From: Fibrobacteria bacterium
GTDB taxonomy: Bacteria; Fibrobacterota; Fibrobacteria; UBA11236
Assembly (NCBI GenBank): GCA_041746255.1
Contig: JBGTHM010000110.1
Location: 1-44,433 of the forward strand
Direction: 5' to 3'
DNA: 44,433 nt
Shown: piece after piece, positions 8,694 through 16,759 of the stretch
How the letters are laid out: every line of letters starts with the position of its first letter
How positions within the stretch are numbered: the stretch's first letter is position 1
Made by a program: the position numbers and the translations under genes
Notes under the pieces: generated by a model
The model's input: only the letters and a program-made list of their open reading frames with translations
The model's database searches: none
Told to the model about the DNA's origin: nothing

Positions 8694-10406
8694 ATGCGCT
8701 TTGTTTGTTTAGCCACGGACTACGATTCCACCATAGCCGTGCATGGAAGCGTCGCGCCCTCAACTCTGGCGGCACTGGAAGCGGTGAAGAGAAGCGGACG
8801 ACGATTGGTATTGGTAACGGGACGCGAAGTGGATGATTTGCTCAAAGTTTTTCCACAGGCGCGGATTTTCGACCGGGTGGTGGGGGAGAATGGCGCAGTG
8901 CTGTATCATCCCGGAAAGGAGGAGTATCGCAACCTGGCCAAGGAGCCACCGCCCGAATTGGAGCAGGAATTGCGAAAAGCGAAGGTGCGGCCGTTATCGC
9001 GGGGACGGGTGATATTGGCCACGTCCGGCAACCAGGAATTGAAAGTATTGAAGGTTTTGCATTTATTGGGATTGGAATACCAGCTTATCTTCAATAAAGG
9101 GGCACTTATGCTTTTGCCGCCTGGCACCAACAAGGCGACCGGGTTGCGAAAGGCATTGAAAGAGCTCCGGTTATCCGCCCACAACATGGTGGGAATAGGG
9201 GATGCTGAAAACGACTATTCCTTTCTGTCCATGTGCGAATGCGCCGTGGCGGTCGCAGATGCGTTGCCCATGCTTAAAAAGGAGGCCGATTATACTACCC
9301 TTGGGGGAGAAGGAGAAGGCGCACGGGAGTTGGCGGAATTGCTGGTAGAAAACGACTTGTACCAGCTATCCTCAAAATTGGAGCGGCACGATTTGCCTTT
9401 GGGAAAAAGGGAGGATGGTTCAACGGTTCGCATTTCCCCATACGGCTACAACCTGCTACTTTCGGGAATTTCGGGCGGCGGAAAATCTTCCTTAGCGGCG
9501 GCTTTCGTGGAGCAGTTGGCTGAAGCCGGTTACCAATTCTGTATATTCGATCCCGAAGGCGACTACCGTTCCTTGCCGAAAGTGCTGGCCCTGGGTGATT
9601 CCAGGCATATTCCATCGGTGGAAGAAGCCCTCGACGTTTTAAGTTCCCCCGGGTTGAGCTGTGCGGTCAATCTCCTGGGAATGAGTCTGAATGAAAGGCC
9701 TGCCTTCTTCCAAGAGCTTTTGCAAAGACTGTTGGAAATGCGCGCCGTCTTCGGGCGTCCGCATTGGATTATCATGGACGAAGCCCATCATTTGCTGCCG
9801 ACCGATTGGAACCCCTCCTATATTGGAACGGTTAAAAAACCCTCCGGTTTGTTGCTCATCACGGTTCATCCCGATCACCTCCATCAAAAGGCAATCGAAT
9901 GGATCGACTTGGTTCTCGCGCTCGGCGAAAATCCCCAAGAGACTTTGCGGGCATTCGAACGTAAATCCGGATATGCGGCGGGCCGATTACCGGAAGGGGA
10001 GGGACGCTTCGGTCAGGCTTTGGCTTGGCGACCCGGAGGAAAGGATCATGCCTTTTTTTTTCATCACCTCCACTCGCATGTGGAAAGACGAAGACATATC
10101 CGGAAATACGCCGAAGGCGAATTGGGAGCGGACAAAAGCTTTTATTTTCGAGGCCCGCACGGGCGCCTGAATTTAAGGGCGCAAAACCTTTTGCTTTTCC
10201 TGCAAATTGCCGATGGCGTGGACGATGAAACTTGGATGCACCATCTTTTACAGGGCGACATCGCCAAGTGGTTCCGCAATGAGATCAAGGACGAAGGCAT
10301 GGCACGCGAAGCCGAAGCCGTGGCGTCCGACGCTTCGCTTTCCCCGGTGGCTTCCCGTTTTAGGATAAGAGGAATCGTGGAAAGAATTTACACGGCTTCG
10401 GCATGA
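8694..10406 (+). CDS. HAD-IIB (Cof-type) phosphatase fused to a HerA/DUF87-like P-loop ATPase and a C-terminal helical domain
   Basis: HAD motifs ATDYDST, VTGR, NK and GDAEND, then Walker A GISGGGKS, IFDPEGDY and Walker B IIMDEAHH. Start set at ATG 8694. Confidence 0.88.
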   Translation: MRFVCLATDYDSTIAVHGSVAPSTLAALEAVKRSGRRLVLVTGREVDDLLKVFPQARIFDRVVGENGAVLYHPGKEEYRNLAKEPPPELEQELRKAKVRPLSRGRVILATSGNQELKVLKVLHLLGLEYQLIFNKGALMLLPPGTNKATGLRKALKELRLSAHNMVGIGDAENDYSFLSMCECAVAVADALPMLKKEADYTTLGGEGEGARELAELLVENDLYQLSSKLERHDLPLGKREDGSTVRISPYGYNLLLSGISGGGKSSLAAAFVEQLAEAGYQFCIFDPEGDYRSLPKVLALGDSRHIPSVEEALDVLSSPGLSCAVNLLGMSLNERPAFFQELLQRLLEMRAVFGRPHWIIMDEAHHLLPTDWNPSYIGTVKKPSGLLLITVHPDHLHQKAIEWIDLVLALGENPQETLRAFERKSGYAAGRLPEGEGRFGQALAWRPGGKDHAFFFHHLHSHVERRRHIRKYAEGELGADKSFYFRGPHGRLNLRAQNLLLFLQIADGVDDETWMHHLLQGDIAKWFRNEIKDEGMAREAEAVASDASLSPVASRFRIRGIVERIYTASA

Positions 10407-10409
10407 ATT

Positions 10410-12173
10410 TCAGATTCGCATCTGATAAGTGTGCAATTGATAATAACGACCTTCCATCGTCAGCAACTCCTTATGACGACCCCTTTCCACTATACGTCCC
10501 TTTTCCACCACCAGGATCATGTCCGCTTTTCGTATTGTCGAGAGCCTATGAGCGATGACGAAAGTCGTACGGCCCTTCATTAGTTCCGTAAGGCTTTGCT
10601 GGATGAAGATTTCGCTTTCGGCATCGAGGTTGGAGGTTGCTTCATCGAGAATCAGCACTTTGGGATCCGCGAGGAGGGCTCGCGCGATGGCCACGCGCTG
10701 TCGCTGGCCTCCCGAAAGTTTGACGCCCCGTTCGCCGATAAGAGTGTCCAGGCCCTTATCAAGCTGCGCTGAGAACTCATCAACGTGCGCGCCTCGCACT
10801 GCTTCGAGTAGCTTTGCTTCTCCGGCCTCGGGATTTCCGAATTGAATGTTCTCACGGATGGTTCCTTCGAAGAGAAATTCGTCTTGGAGTACTACGGCCA
10901 GATGCTTGCGGAAACTGTCCAAAACGATTTCAGCCATGTCGATTCCATCGACTCTTACCACGCCTTCGGTTGGGCGTAAAAAGGAGGCGGCCAATCCCGC
11001 GAGGGTGGTTTTACCCGAACCGGAACTGCCGACCAATGCCGTCACCGATCCCGCCGGCGCGGTCAGGTTTACATCAAACAAAACTTCTTTACCCGGCTCA
11101 TATCCGAAATGCACGCCTTCAAAACGAATTTCACCCGTAATCGAAGACAACTCCATTTGCCTCGCCGGCTCCTTCCCTTCAGGAGCAAGCGAAAGAATCT
11201 CCTCCATGCGGTCCAATCCGGCGAAGGCTTCGGTCATCTGGGATCCGATATTGCTCATCTGCACGATGGGAGCTACCAGGAATCCGAGGTAAAGGGTGAA
11301 AGCCACGAAATCTCCCACGGTCATGGACTCTGCCAAGATAAGACGTCCGCCCAGTCCCATAATCAGGACACTCGTAACGCCCAGCAACAAAGTCGCGGAG
11401 CTCGTCACGAGGCTGGTGGCGGTAAGCGAGCTCTTCACATTCTCGAATATGCGCCGCACTCCGTCTTCGAAGACGCCCACTTCGCGCGTTTCCGCATGGA
11501 AGCCTTTCACCACGCGGATTCCACCCAAGGTCTCGGTCAATCTACCGGTTACATTGGCCATTATCTCGCCCCGTTTTCTGAAAATGGGACGGATGTGAGA
11601 AAAAGCCTTGAAGGATATGAACGCGAAAAGCAAGAGAGGTGCAAGACTGGCGACGGTCAGCCATAGGTTGATGTTTACCAGCAGAAAAAAAGCCACGACC
11701 GCCGTAAAAATCCCGCCGACCAGCTGGACCAATCCGGTACCAACCAGGTTACGTACCCCTTCGGGATCGTTCATGATGCGCGAAACCAATACACCGGCCT
11801 TGGAATTGTCGAAAAAACCGACAGGCATGCGGATGATATGGGCCTGCATCTGGGAGCGTAGTTTGGAAATAAGGTGCTGGGCTTCCACGCTCAGGATCCG
11901 AGTCAAGGCAAAAGAGGTGACGGACTGAACAATTACCGCAGCTCCGACGATAACCAGGAGGATCCAAAGTAGCGGCACGTTTTGGTTGGCGATTACATCG
12001 TCTACCAGGAATTTGGTGGAACCGGGAAGCACGAGCCCGGAAAGCCGGTTGACGGTTATAAGAAGCAGCCCCAAGGCCAGGAGCTTCCGGCGCGGCCAAA
12101 TGATGGAGGTAAAAGCTCGCCTCAAGGTGCGGAGGGAGGGTTTCGATTTGTTAGCTGATTTATGCGATTTCAC
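10410..12173 (-). CDS. ABC exporter, fused permease/ATP-binding (MsbA/Sav1866-like)
   Basis: Six-helix TM domain, GSSGSGKT, LSGGQRQR, LILDEATSNLD, IAHRLSTI. Start is uncertain; GTG 12173 chosen. Confidence 0.9.
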   Translation of the reverse strand: MKSHKSANKSKPSLRTLRRAFTSIIWPRRKLLALGLLLITVNRLSGLVLPGSTKFLVDDVIANQNVPLLWILLVIVGAAVIVQSVTSFALTRILSVEAQHLISKLRSQMQAHIIRMPVGFFDNSKAGVLVSRIMNDPEGVRNLVGTGLVQLVGGIFTAVVAFFLLVNINLWLTVASLAPLLLFAFISFKAFSHIRPIFRKRGEIMANVTGRLTETLGGIRVVKGFHAETREVGVFEDGVRRIFENVKSSLTATSLVTSSATLLLGVTSVLIMGLGGRLILAESMTVGDFVAFTLYLGFLVAPIVQMSNIGSQMTEAFAGLDRMEEILSLAPEGKEPARQMELSSITGEIRFEGVHFGYEPGKEVLFDVNLTAPAGSVTALVGSSGSGKTTLAGLAASFLRPTEGVVRVDGIDMAEIVLDSFRKHLAVVLQDEFLFEGTIRENIQFGNPEAGEAKLLEAVRGAHVDEFSAQLDKGLDTLIGERGVKLSGGQRQRVAIARALLADPKVLILDEATSNLDAESEIFIQQSLTELMKGRTTFVIAHRLSTIRKADMILVVEKGRIVERGRHKELLTMEGRYYQLHTYQMRI

Positions 12174-12261
12174 AAGCAGAAGATAGAAAAACCGCCGGGA
12201 ATGCCCGGCGCGTAGCTTTTCTAAGAGGCGAAGACGCGTCACTGACGGACTAAAGGATTTA

Positions 12262-12290
12262 TTGACTTGCTACCTATCGAAATTTAGGTT
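12262..12290 (+). promoter_or_regulatory. Candidate sigma70 promoter for the 12400 gene
   Basis: TTGACT-17 bp-TAGGTT in the divergent intergenic region. Confidence 0.35.
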
Positions 12291-12399
12291 CCAACCATGA
12301 ATCTTGTCGCTGCTATTCTTCTTGAACGCAATCTATTCAAGATGCATGCGAGCAAGGTTTATGGTAAAAACGGGTGTACTTCATTCACAAGGAGAGTGT

Positions 12400-13425
12400 A
12401 TGGCTTCCAATATTTACAGCGGGAAGGCTGGAGATTTCGAAGGAGGAATTGATCCGCTTTTTCCGGGCATTCCGGATTTCATCCGTCGTATTTCCTGGGC
12501 CTCGGTGTTTGCGGGCAGCGTGGTGGCAGTCATGGTAAGTCTGCTTTTGAGTATCCTGGGGATAGGAATTGGAATGGGGATGATAGATCCGCAAGCAAAT
12601 CAATCCTTCTCGGGTCTAGGGGTCGGTTCGGGAATTTGGTGGATGGTCAGCAGTATTCTCGCGTTGATTCTCGGAGGTTGGGTGGCGGCCCGGGTATCGG
12701 GCGCCTCAAAACCATTCGCCGGCATGTTTCATGGATTGTTGACCTGGGGAGTTGTGACGCTAGTTACTTTCTTCATCCTTACCACGGCTTTGGGTAGGCT
12801 TATCGGCGGTACCGCGGGTTTGCTTGGACAGGGTATGACGGCAGCGGGACTAGGGGCGGTCGCCATGGCTGAAGAAGGGCAACCAGGGGGTGAATTGCAG
12901 GGAGTGATGGATGAAATCAGACGGACCTTGCAGGGAATGGGCGCGGGTCAAGCCGGAAACGGTCTCCAGGGAGGGGAGGGACGAGTCGACCGGCAATCGG
13001 CAGCGGCCGGGAGTCCGGACGAAGCATTGCACCTCATGCAGCGGGCCACGAACCAGATCGCCGAGGGTAGGGAGGAGATTCTCAGCGCTTCGGAGCGGGA
13101 GACGCTAATCAACGGTCTGGTCGCCCATTCCGGTTTAAACCGGGAACAAGCACAGCAAACCGTCAATAATTGGATTCAAAGCGGCCAACAGCTGTCTTTG
13201 CAAGCGGGAGAGGTGCGTGGAAACGGTGCCGCCAACGGTGCCGCAAATGGAGCTGGCAATATCGAGCAGCAAGCCCGTGAAATCGGGGGCGAACTAGCCG
13301 CCGGCGTAAGCCAAGCATCGTGGTGGACCTTACTTGCCTTGGTATTTACCGGGGGAGCTGGAGCGTTGGGTGGGTTCCTGGGCACGAACAAATATGCGGC
13401 ATCGATTCCTGAGAACCGCGTATGA
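12400..13425 (+). CDS. Membrane protein, YrzE/DUF3792-like (often annotated PhnA-like)
   Basis: RRISWASVFAG motif, several Gly-rich TM helices, soluble helical insert and C-terminal TM. AAGGAG RBS before ATG 12400. Confidence 0.65.
   Translation: MASNIYSGKAGDFEGGIDPLFPGIPDFIRRISWASVFAGSVVAVMVSLLLSILGIGIGMGMIDPQANQSFSGLGVGSGIWWMVSSILALILGGWVAARVSGASKPFAGMFHGLLTWGVVTLVTFFILTTALGRLIGGTAGLLGQGMTAAGLGAVAMAEEGQPGGELQGVMDEIRRTLQGMGAGQAGNGLQGGEGRVDRQSAAAGSPDEALHLMQRATNQIAEGREEILSASERETLINGLVAHSGLNREQAQQTVNNWIQSGQQLSLQAGEVRGNGAANGAANGAGNIEQQAREIGGELAAGVSQASWWTLLALVFTGGAGALGGFLGTNKYAASIPENRV
13222..13257 (+). repeat. In-frame 12-bp tandem repeat (about 3 copies) encoding NGAA-NGAA-NGAG
   Basis: Units AACGGTGCCGCC, AACGGTGCCGCA, AATGGAGCTGGC. 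Confidence 0.7.
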
Positions 13426-13441
13426 TTTCGATCCGGTTGCT

Positions 13442-14212
13442 CTAAGCCCAAGCGTCCCTGAAAAGGGACGCTACCGGAAATTCCTCGGCCCGGATTTTTA
13501 GAACTCGAAAAATTTCCGCGGATTTTTCGTCCTCTTTTTCCGTGTCGATTTCGATGCCCAGGTCCGCTTCCGGATTTCCCCTGGAACCGATAAGCAATAT
13601 TTCCGTTCCCTCATAATCCAGAAAGTCCCTGGGGAAGGCCGGGGTAAATTTCCGTCCTCTAAAAACCTTCCGCAGCTTTTCCGGAAAAACCGCTTGTGGG
13701 TCCGGATTCAACCCTTGTCCCTCGGGGGTAGGGCTATCCGGGTTCTTAATGCTCAGAATGAAGCTTCCCTGAGGCTCAATATCGAAGGCCTTTTGTACCA
13801 TACCCGTTTCCTCCGGTAATTCCAATCGGTAAGCAAGATGGGTATGATCACCATGCTTGACGATGGCATATCTGCCTTCACCGGCGGCTCGGGCGGATTC
13901 GACAATCCGTTTCCCGCGGGTCTTGGTCGTATAACTTTCGCCCCCCAGTTGGGTTCTCAATTCCGTGGCGCTTTTCGCCACCTTGATTATGGCTCCCCAG
14001 GCTCTGTCACCACCCTTTTTTATTTTCGGGAGGCTTTTACGTCCGATTACCGCCAGGCGATATTTACGTTTTTTTTCGGGATGCAAAACCATGAAAAAGC
14101 GTTGAACGTCCCGCTTTCGTCCTACGCGCTGATTTTGCACTTTGGGCCGGTAAAAGAAAAATATGTCGCCAGACTCCACGATTTCACTTTCGACCTGGTG
14201 CTTTGTAGCCAT
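13442..14212 (-). CDS. Conserved hypothetical soluble protein
   Basis: GGAGG RBS before ATG 14212. Conserved-looking blocks GDIFFFYRPKV, YRLAVIGRKSLP, ARAAGEGRYAI, THLAYRLELP and SFILSIKNP. Confidence 0.8.
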   Translation of the reverse strand: MATKHQVESEIVESGDIFFFYRPKVQNQRVGRKRDVQRFFMVLHPEKKRKYRLAVIGRKSLPKIKKGGDRAWGAIIKVAKSATELRTQLGGESYTTKTRGKRIVESARAAGEGRYAIVKHGDHTHLAYRLELPEETGMVQKAFDIEPQGSFILSIKNPDSPTPEGQGLNPDPQAVFPEKLRKVFRGRKFTPAFPRDFLDYEGTEILLIGSRGNPEADLGIEIDTEKEDEKSAEIFRVLKIRAEEFPVASLFRDAWA

Positions 14213-14334
14213 AACGAGACCTCCGACCAACCTTGTCCCTAACCTACACCTTACAAACAAGCGTTCGATAATTACGGGAGCAAGTGAATATCAGGAAGCG
14301 GGGAGGATTTATTCTTTATGCAATTCAGGTATGG

Positions 14335-15036
14335 TCATGGTCTATCCGATGGGGGATCGGAGGATTTCGCAATGTCGATATCACTACCTAAAACAGGAGC
14401 CAGGCTTTGTCTGGCCTTTCGGCTGATATAAATTATCATGCCCACGCAAAAAAAGAAGCCCAGCGTGTAAATCGTCAAACTGACTGGGCTATTCAGCAAT
14501 TGCGGATTACGGAAATCGCCCAGGCTGGAAAGCAAGGAGCCGGTATAAACGCCGAGAACTTGATAGGGAATGATACCAAGTACGTTCCCCAGCGCAAACT
14601 GTTTGAAGGTAACCGGCGTTAGTCCGAAAAAATAATTGGAAAGCTTGAAAGGGAAAAAGGGAAACAGGCGGGTGGTCATGATGAATTTCCATCCCTGGTC
14701 GGTTAGGCCGACTTTAAGGAGGCGAAGGCGACGGTGATTCAAAATGCGTTCAGCCAGCTTGTTGCTGAAAAAATGCCTGGCAATGAGAAAAGCCGACAAC
14801 GATCCGATCAGTATCCCAGTGATTGAAATGACGGTACCTCCCATGACCCCGAAAAGAAACCCAGCTCCCAGTGTGAAAAACGGTCCCGGAACCAAAAGAA
14901 CGGTGATGACGGCCTGGCTGAGGATGAGCAGAGCCGGGCCCCAGAATCCCAAGTCCTCAATCGTCGAAAAAAGCAGCTCAATGCTGTCTTTAAGATTCAC
15001 GGATTGTAAGAAGTATGCGAAAAACGCAACTACCAT
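14335..15036 (-). CDS. TVP38/TMEM64 (DedA/VTT) family membrane protein
   Basis: VPGPFFTLGAGFLFG, GSLSAFLIAR and RLFPFFPF...NYFFGLT motifs. Confidence 0.88.
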   Translation of the reverse strand: MVVAFFAYFLQSVNLKDSIELLFSTIEDLGFWGPALLILSQAVITVLLVPGPFFTLGAGFLFGVMGGTVISITGILIGSLSAFLIARHFFSNKLAERILNHRRLRLLKVGLTDQGWKFIMTTRLFPFFPFKLSNYFFGLTPVTFKQFALGNVLGIIPYQVLGVYTGSLLSSLGDFRNPQLLNSPVSLTIYTLGFFFCVGMIIYISRKARQSLAPVLGSDIDIAKSSDPPSDRP

Positions 15037-15068
15037 TACAAAAAGGACTACTTTCCCTGCTGTATAAA

Positions 15069-15944
15069 TTAGTGTCCCCCGGCATGGCTGGAAGAGGCTA
15101 CACCTTCCAGATTTACGGTAATGGTGCGCGAAGTGCTGTTCAATGGCCCCGAAACGACATTGCCTTCGGGGTCGAGCAGGTCGAGCCTCACCCGGTAATC
15201 TCCGCTGGGTAGTCCGGTGACCATGGCCGGTTGCCAGGCGGTGAGAGTCAGAGTAAGCGCAGGGTTTTCTTCTTCTGAATCGATTGTTCCACCCGCCGAT
15301 GCGATGGAATACCGGGCCTTATAGCCGTCTTCACTCAATTCGACATTATGCACATAAAAATCCAAGAGGATGTTACGAGCGTCCTTCCCGGCATAGGTTC
15401 CCTTGGGGCGGCTGTAAATGAGGGTAGGTTGCTGGGTGTCGAGTAAGAATTCTCCCGTGGGTTCGCCCACGTAGAAGTTGAATACCTGACCCGCGGTATT
15501 TGACTTTACACTTTCGTGGTATGAGCGGCTGGGGAAAGCGACCAGGATATGGGGACCCGGCTCAAGGCGTCCGATGGAACACGGCGATTCATAACAGGCG
15601 AAATAGGGATTGTTGTCGATTATGATGTGAACATGCTGGCCTTCGTCAGAATCGGCGATGGTCGGGGCGCGCGGAGTCTCCGTTTTTGTTCCCAAGGTAT
15701 AATTAGACAAAGTGAAGGCGACCAAGCTGTCACCCTCTTCCATAACTCCTCCCGCTTGGGGAGACGTGAGAGTGACTTGCGCGCCCTCAATCGCCGGAGA
15801 GCGCTCGATGGCATATAGGCTAATGGCCTCACCCTGCATTTGTCCGGACCTTTCGGTGCGGTCGTCCGTGCGCTGTTGTCCGCAACCCCAGAGAATAAGG
15901 AAAGAGACCAAGGATAGGATCGACTTATTGCGGATTTTCGCCAT
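15069..15944 (-). CDS. Lipoprotein of unknown function with His motifs and two beta-sandwich-like repeats
   Basis: Lipobox LWGC after a basic/hydrophobic leader; GQHVHIIIDN, GPHILVAFPSRSYHESVK and LIYSRPKGTY blocks. Confidence 0.75.
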   Translation of the reverse strand: MAKIRNKSILSLVSFLILWGCGQQRTDDRTERSGQMQGEAISLYAIERSPAIEGAQVTLTSPQAGGVMEEGDSLVAFTLSNYTLGTKTETPRAPTIADSDEGQHVHIIIDNNPYFACYESPCSIGRLEPGPHILVAFPSRSYHESVKSNTAGQVFNFYVGEPTGEFLLDTQQPTLIYSRPKGTYAGKDARNILLDFYVHNVELSEDGYKARYSIASAGGTIDSEEENPALTLTLTAWQPAMVTGLPSGDYRVRLDLLDPEGNVVSGPLNSTSRTITVNLEGVASSSHAGGH

Positions 15945-16001
15945 ACTTTTTCCCTGCAATGGTGAACTGGATACAAAGAAAATAATCACCTGGATGTCAC
16001 T

Positions 16002-16682
16002 TTATGCCGATAAAAAGACGGAATTGTGCATATGCAGGGGTTCCCGGATTTCTTTCAGGATGCATGTCGCTAAATCCGTCCTGCTTACATGGGAGAATAC
16101 TCCGATTCTCACATCGGCGTTGCACCTCAGTTTTTCGCTGGTGGGGCCATCCGTTAAGCGGGGCGGCTTGATCAAGGTCCAGTCCAAGCCACACTCCTTC
16201 ACCAACTGTTCCTGCTCCTCGCGATCTTTCGCCTGCCAGGTGCGTCTCCTGGCATATGCACGTGCCAGACGCTCGCAAAAAAATGCACGATTACCGGCAT
16301 AGTCACCTACCAAGGCTCCCGTGACGCAAATAAGGCGCTTAACGCCTTCCTCCCGCATTGTATCGACTATGAGGCGGGTGGCCTCCGCGCAGAAAATAGC
16401 GGAGAAAGGAGAACGGGGCCCGAATAGACAACAAACGGCATCAGCTCCTTGAATCATGGCTCGAACGGAAAGGGGGTCGGATAAGCGACCTTGCGACAAT
16501 GTCAATCTCTTGGATTCGGGAAAGCGCCAATGCGAATGGGGGCGCAGCATGGCCCTAACGCGATTTCCGGATGCTAAAGCTTTTTCGGTCACCAGAACAC
16601 CCGTACGGGAGGATGCGCCGAAAAGTGCCAATACAGAAGGACTGTCCGACGGCAATTGCGGAAGGGAAGGGGTATTGTGCAT
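16002..16682 (-). CDS. NAD(P)H-binding protein, atypical SDR (flavin reductase/BVR-B-like)
   Basis: Rossmann FGASSRTG, GADAVCC, LDWTLIKPPRL and VSRTDLA motifs. Start uncertain. Confidence 0.85.
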   Translation of the reverse strand: MHNTPSLPQLPSDSPSVLALFGASSRTGVLVTEKALASGNRVRAMLRPHSHWRFPESKRLTLSQGRLSDPLSVRAMIQGADAVCCLFGPRSPFSAIFCAEATRLIVDTMREEGVKRLICVTGALVGDYAGNRAFFCERLARAYARRRTWQAKDREEQEQLVKECGLDWTLIKPPRLTDGPTSEKLRCNADVRIGVFSHVSRTDLATCILKEIREPLHMHNSVFLSA

Positions 16683-16759
16683 ACCGAGCAAACTACAAAT
16701 CGATGGATTTCCCACCTCGCTGGAAGTCTTCCCGGTTTATCCGCGGTCATGTCCTTAAG

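Noticed and set aside
8694..10406. HerA-like ATPase or the UvrD helicase (32396-33931) as part of an anti-phage defence system
   Set aside because: No adjacent nuclease, SIR2, TOPRIM or other effector gene; the contexts are sugar metabolism and housekeeping.
14213..14270. SigB-like promoter (GTTTGT-N13-GGGACA, minus strand), and GGGTAT/GGGTGT words before GH15 and the YrzE-like gene
   Set aside because: Spacing and -35 elements are inconsistent among the genes, so a shared stress promoter cannot be supported.
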